Positions 61,301 through 64,000 of a stretch of DNA of 64,000 bases are shown here, piece by piece (position 1 is the stretch's first letter; each line of letters begins with the position of its first letter). The translations under genes were made by a program, and so were the position numbers. The notes under the pieces are model-generated. The model was not told the DNA's origin. It worked only from the letters and a program-made list of their open reading frames with translations, and did not search any database. The DNA comes from Magallana gigas (lineage: Eukaryota), in the NCBI RefSeq assembly GCF_963853765.1, contig NC_088858.1:9176001-9240000 (forward strand). Direction: 5' to 3'.

Positions 61301-64000
61301 TTTGATCTTGTTGGATCAATGCTGTGAATGTACTTACTGCAAGTCTGTCAGGAAGAGATTAATATGGCTGAATGTACTTACTGCAAGTCCATCAGGAAGA
61401 GATTAATATGGCTGAATGTACTTACTGCAAGTCCGTCAGGAAGAGATTAATATGGCTGACATTGTTTATCTGCTGCACAAAGAGTTGGACATTGGTCAGG
61501 AACTTATCGGGATTGTGGTCATAAATCAGGTTCATGTTGATTCGGTGTCTCCTCATTGCTGTCATGGCCTCTAAAAATCTCAGCCTAGGAAAGTCCAGAG
61601 TTAAAAATACAGTTTTATCTCAAATTAGATGGGATTAATTTCATATTTTAATTCAAAATCACATAAAAGTTAAATTTCCAAATTAGAAAGGTTGCACAAC
61701 AATTTGCTACAACTGGATGTACCGATCGATATTGTGAATTTAAAATGTTTAATTTACGCTAATTTACTCAATTATATTTTAAAAATGCTTCAGATATACA
61801 TGGACAACTTTAAGGAAGCATACAAATCAAATCATATCAGATTTCAAAGTCAAATATCATTAATACTCGTCTAAATTTCTCCTGACAGCCGACAGCACAA
61901 GGGCGCGGGGATGAATTGTCTCAAGGTTTCCTCGAGGCATTTGGAGGACAAGTTTGGTGTCATCTGGAACCACTGTGACGATTCTGGAACCACGCTCTAC
62001 ACGCCGAATACTCTCATCAAAAGGGTGGGCCTTCCCATCCGACAATGTAGGTAAAACTAAAAGTCACATCGTAAAATATCAAACCAAACGAAAAGCTATG
62101 GAAAATACAAATTGCTGACAAAATTAATTTGCAAGGCATTGAGTCATAATGAAAATTTACAGGAATTGTCTCTCTGCAAGGTTTGCCTAAAGAGCTTGCT
62201 CTGTTAAATCTTCACTTTACCTTCCACTTTGGTTTTCCTACAAATACACCGCACTGTGTGAGTCAAAGTTGTTAACAGCAAATACTCTTTGTGTACACAG
62301 AAGGAGGTACAGTTTGAAGCAATCTGAAAAAAAAAGGATCAAATACTGTAAACTCCTGATTAAACGCGAGGAATTTATATCCGCATAAAATCGCGAAAAG
62401 CACCTCTTGCAGATTTTTAAACCTCTTCATTATATTTTGAGAGTTGGGAACTATAGGAAATATGAATAAATGTTCCACGTTTGTCATTTTATATTATTGC
62501 GATTTGATACAAAACAGCGGGACCGCGGATTTAAGTACTCGCATATTATAAGATCTTTTACAGTAACAAATATCATTTATTTATGATAAAAACGTTCACA
62601 AAAAAATTGTGGACTGTTCCTCCATGAAGTTTATTGTTGCTGACTGGGTTTAAGCTTACCTCTGTGTTGTTGACATAAAACCTGTATCGACTAGTAAGCC
62701 CCAGCACAACTCTCTGAAATAGACCAGTCCAATTGAATTTTACGTATAAACACATCCTCAACCAAAGTTTAAATTAAGAGCAAAAAATCTTCATTTCAAT
62801 TTTTTAAAAATACATTTGTATAGAGTATTCACATATAACAGCTTGAAAAATACATATCACCCAACTACGTCTATCTTAAACTTCATAATTTACAAACATA
62901 AGACCAAGTAGAAAACAAATTAGCATTAGCATTTATTAATCAGGAAAATTTATAAAATCATCCTTATTATATAGCCTGTGTGTCTTTATAATAGAATGGT
63001 AGTTAGATTAATAAATACTGGCTGCCGGTATATTACTTGTTCTCCAATAGTACATAGGGCCATCTGTTGACATGGTATAGGGAAGGACAACTCCTCTCCA
63101 GAACTCAATTCCCAAGGCATAATCAAATCAGATCCTAGTACAAAATAGATTGTCATTCATTAAAGTGTTTGTCAAGATCTTTTATTTGTAACAATGCATC
63201 ATGATATATTTAGATATTTTTTAAAGAAAAAATGTGATATCTACCGAAAAAATGGTGATATATGTACACACATGTACCAATATTGAGTAATGTATCATAA
63301 AAGAATTCCATACAGGTACAAGGTATAACAAATTAATAATTATAAAGGATTCAGTCTTTATTGACTGAAAATCATCTGCTAGTTGTATGGGTATCTTATC
63401 TAATTAAGATTACACCTACCAATATCAAACTTCAGAACAAAGCCATCACTGAGTTGTACAGCTAAAACAGAATCCTCAGATTCAGGGTCACAACTCATCG
63501 TGTAGACTGAACCGTCCACCAGTGTCTGCGATCTGTATCAAATCAACAACCAAAATACTGTCAATTGGAAAATAATCACGATGGTTTTCATTTTTCTATG
63601 TCCACGATTTATCGTTTTCCAGCGAAATTAAACCCATTGTGAATACTATCATTGGTTTTCAAATACGTTTCAATGCTTATATTCTGATCAATTGATTTTC
63701 TAGCAGCATGAAATTAAAATCATTGCAATTAGTACTTTATTAGAAATCGTGAAATATTAACACCATGGAATTAAAACGACTTACAGTATCTCAGTCATTA
63801 CTCTTCAAAGTTGAATTGCTCAGTAATTCAAAATCCCAAAACTAACAATGACCCTGTAAGAGATTTTAATGACAACATTCCAGAAGGCTGATAAAGTGAA
63901 GTTACCTGACAACTAAACTTTCTCCATCGAATTTACAGGAGTACAGAGTGGAATGCTGGGATCTTTGGGGATCGACGCAACAAAGGAGAACCTGCTCAGG
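55393..64000 (-). CDS. ELP1: Elongator complex protein 1 (IKBKAP), 3' portion, 20 exons in window; 5' end beyond 64000
   Basis: Exons (minus) >64000-63906, 63532-63420, 63134-63037, 62713-62660, 62323-62221, 62056-61867, 61584-61426, 61040-60903, 60648-60563, 60439-60294, 60127-60007, 59879-59782, 59543-59342, 59167-59043, 58540-58366, 58219-58096, 56934-56807, 56489-56335, 56055-55974, 55472-55393. Motifs [107 protein letters not shown]. Confidence 0.97.
57340..57800. repeat. Degenerate ~40-bp minisatellite in an ELP1 intron
   Basis: Recurring TGTTCTGAGACAAGAGAG..GTTAGCTGACTCAACT-like units; the block GTTTGAGACAATAGAGCAGACAC.TGACTCAACTACC recurs about 120 bp apart. Confidence 0.75.
58721..58952. 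mobile_element. ~230-bp TA-flanked MITE (Tc1/mariner/pogo-like) in an ELP1 intron
   Basis: Perfect 14-bp IR TACTGTAGATTCCT / AGGAATCTACAGTA; related copies at 62344-62565 and about 57830-58050. Confidence 0.8.
61327..61458 (-). repeat. 3 x 44-bp tandem repeat spanning an ELP1 exon/intron junction
   Basis: Minus-strand unit CAGCCATATTAATCTCTTCCTGACGGACTTGCA|GTAAGTACATT at 61458-61415, 61414-61371 and 61370-61327, with 1 substitution per copy. Confidence 0.95.
62344..62565. mobile_element. Second copy of the TA-flanked MITE family in an ELP1 intron
   Basis: TACTGTAAACTCCTGATTAAACGCGAGGAA...TTTTACAGTA; its start resembles that of 58721-58952 (TACTGTAGATTCCTAATTAAACGTGAGGAA). Confidence 0.7.

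Noticed and set aside
36489-64000. Functional cluster of a sulfur transporter with ELP1 (tRNA U34 modification)
   Set aside because: Opposite strands, 13 kb apart with two unrelated genes between; adjacency in animal genomes is weak evidence of shared function.

Overview
AT-rich, intron-rich animal genomic DNA. The repeat types (Helentron-type HINEs with central repeats, G/C-homopolymer MITEs) suggest an ostreid oyster or similar bivalve; that is inference, not a database result. I reconstructed five spliced protein-coding genes by hand with GT-AG boundaries and phase-consistent exons: (1) a trachealess/NPAS1-3 bHLH-PAS factor (+, 15884-29534, probable 5-nt first coding exon at 2066-2070); (2) a 10-exon YeeE/YedE (thiosulfate transporter TsuA-like) membrane protein (+, 36489-42705); (3) GPATCH2 (-); (4) a TEX43/SPMIP10-like sperm microtubule protein (+); (5) the 3' part of ELP1 (-, runs off the window). 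Intergenic DNA and introns hold many MITEs, two HINEs and a LINE 3' fragment. The most unusual structure is a 48-copy, 59-bp minisatellite that amplifies the exon 9/intron 9 junction of the YeeE-like gene. Every unit is a GT...CAG segment that regenerates the donor if excised. A second, independent donor-spanning tandem repeat (3 x 44 bp) lies in ELP1. All coordinates were counted by hand and no searches were run.
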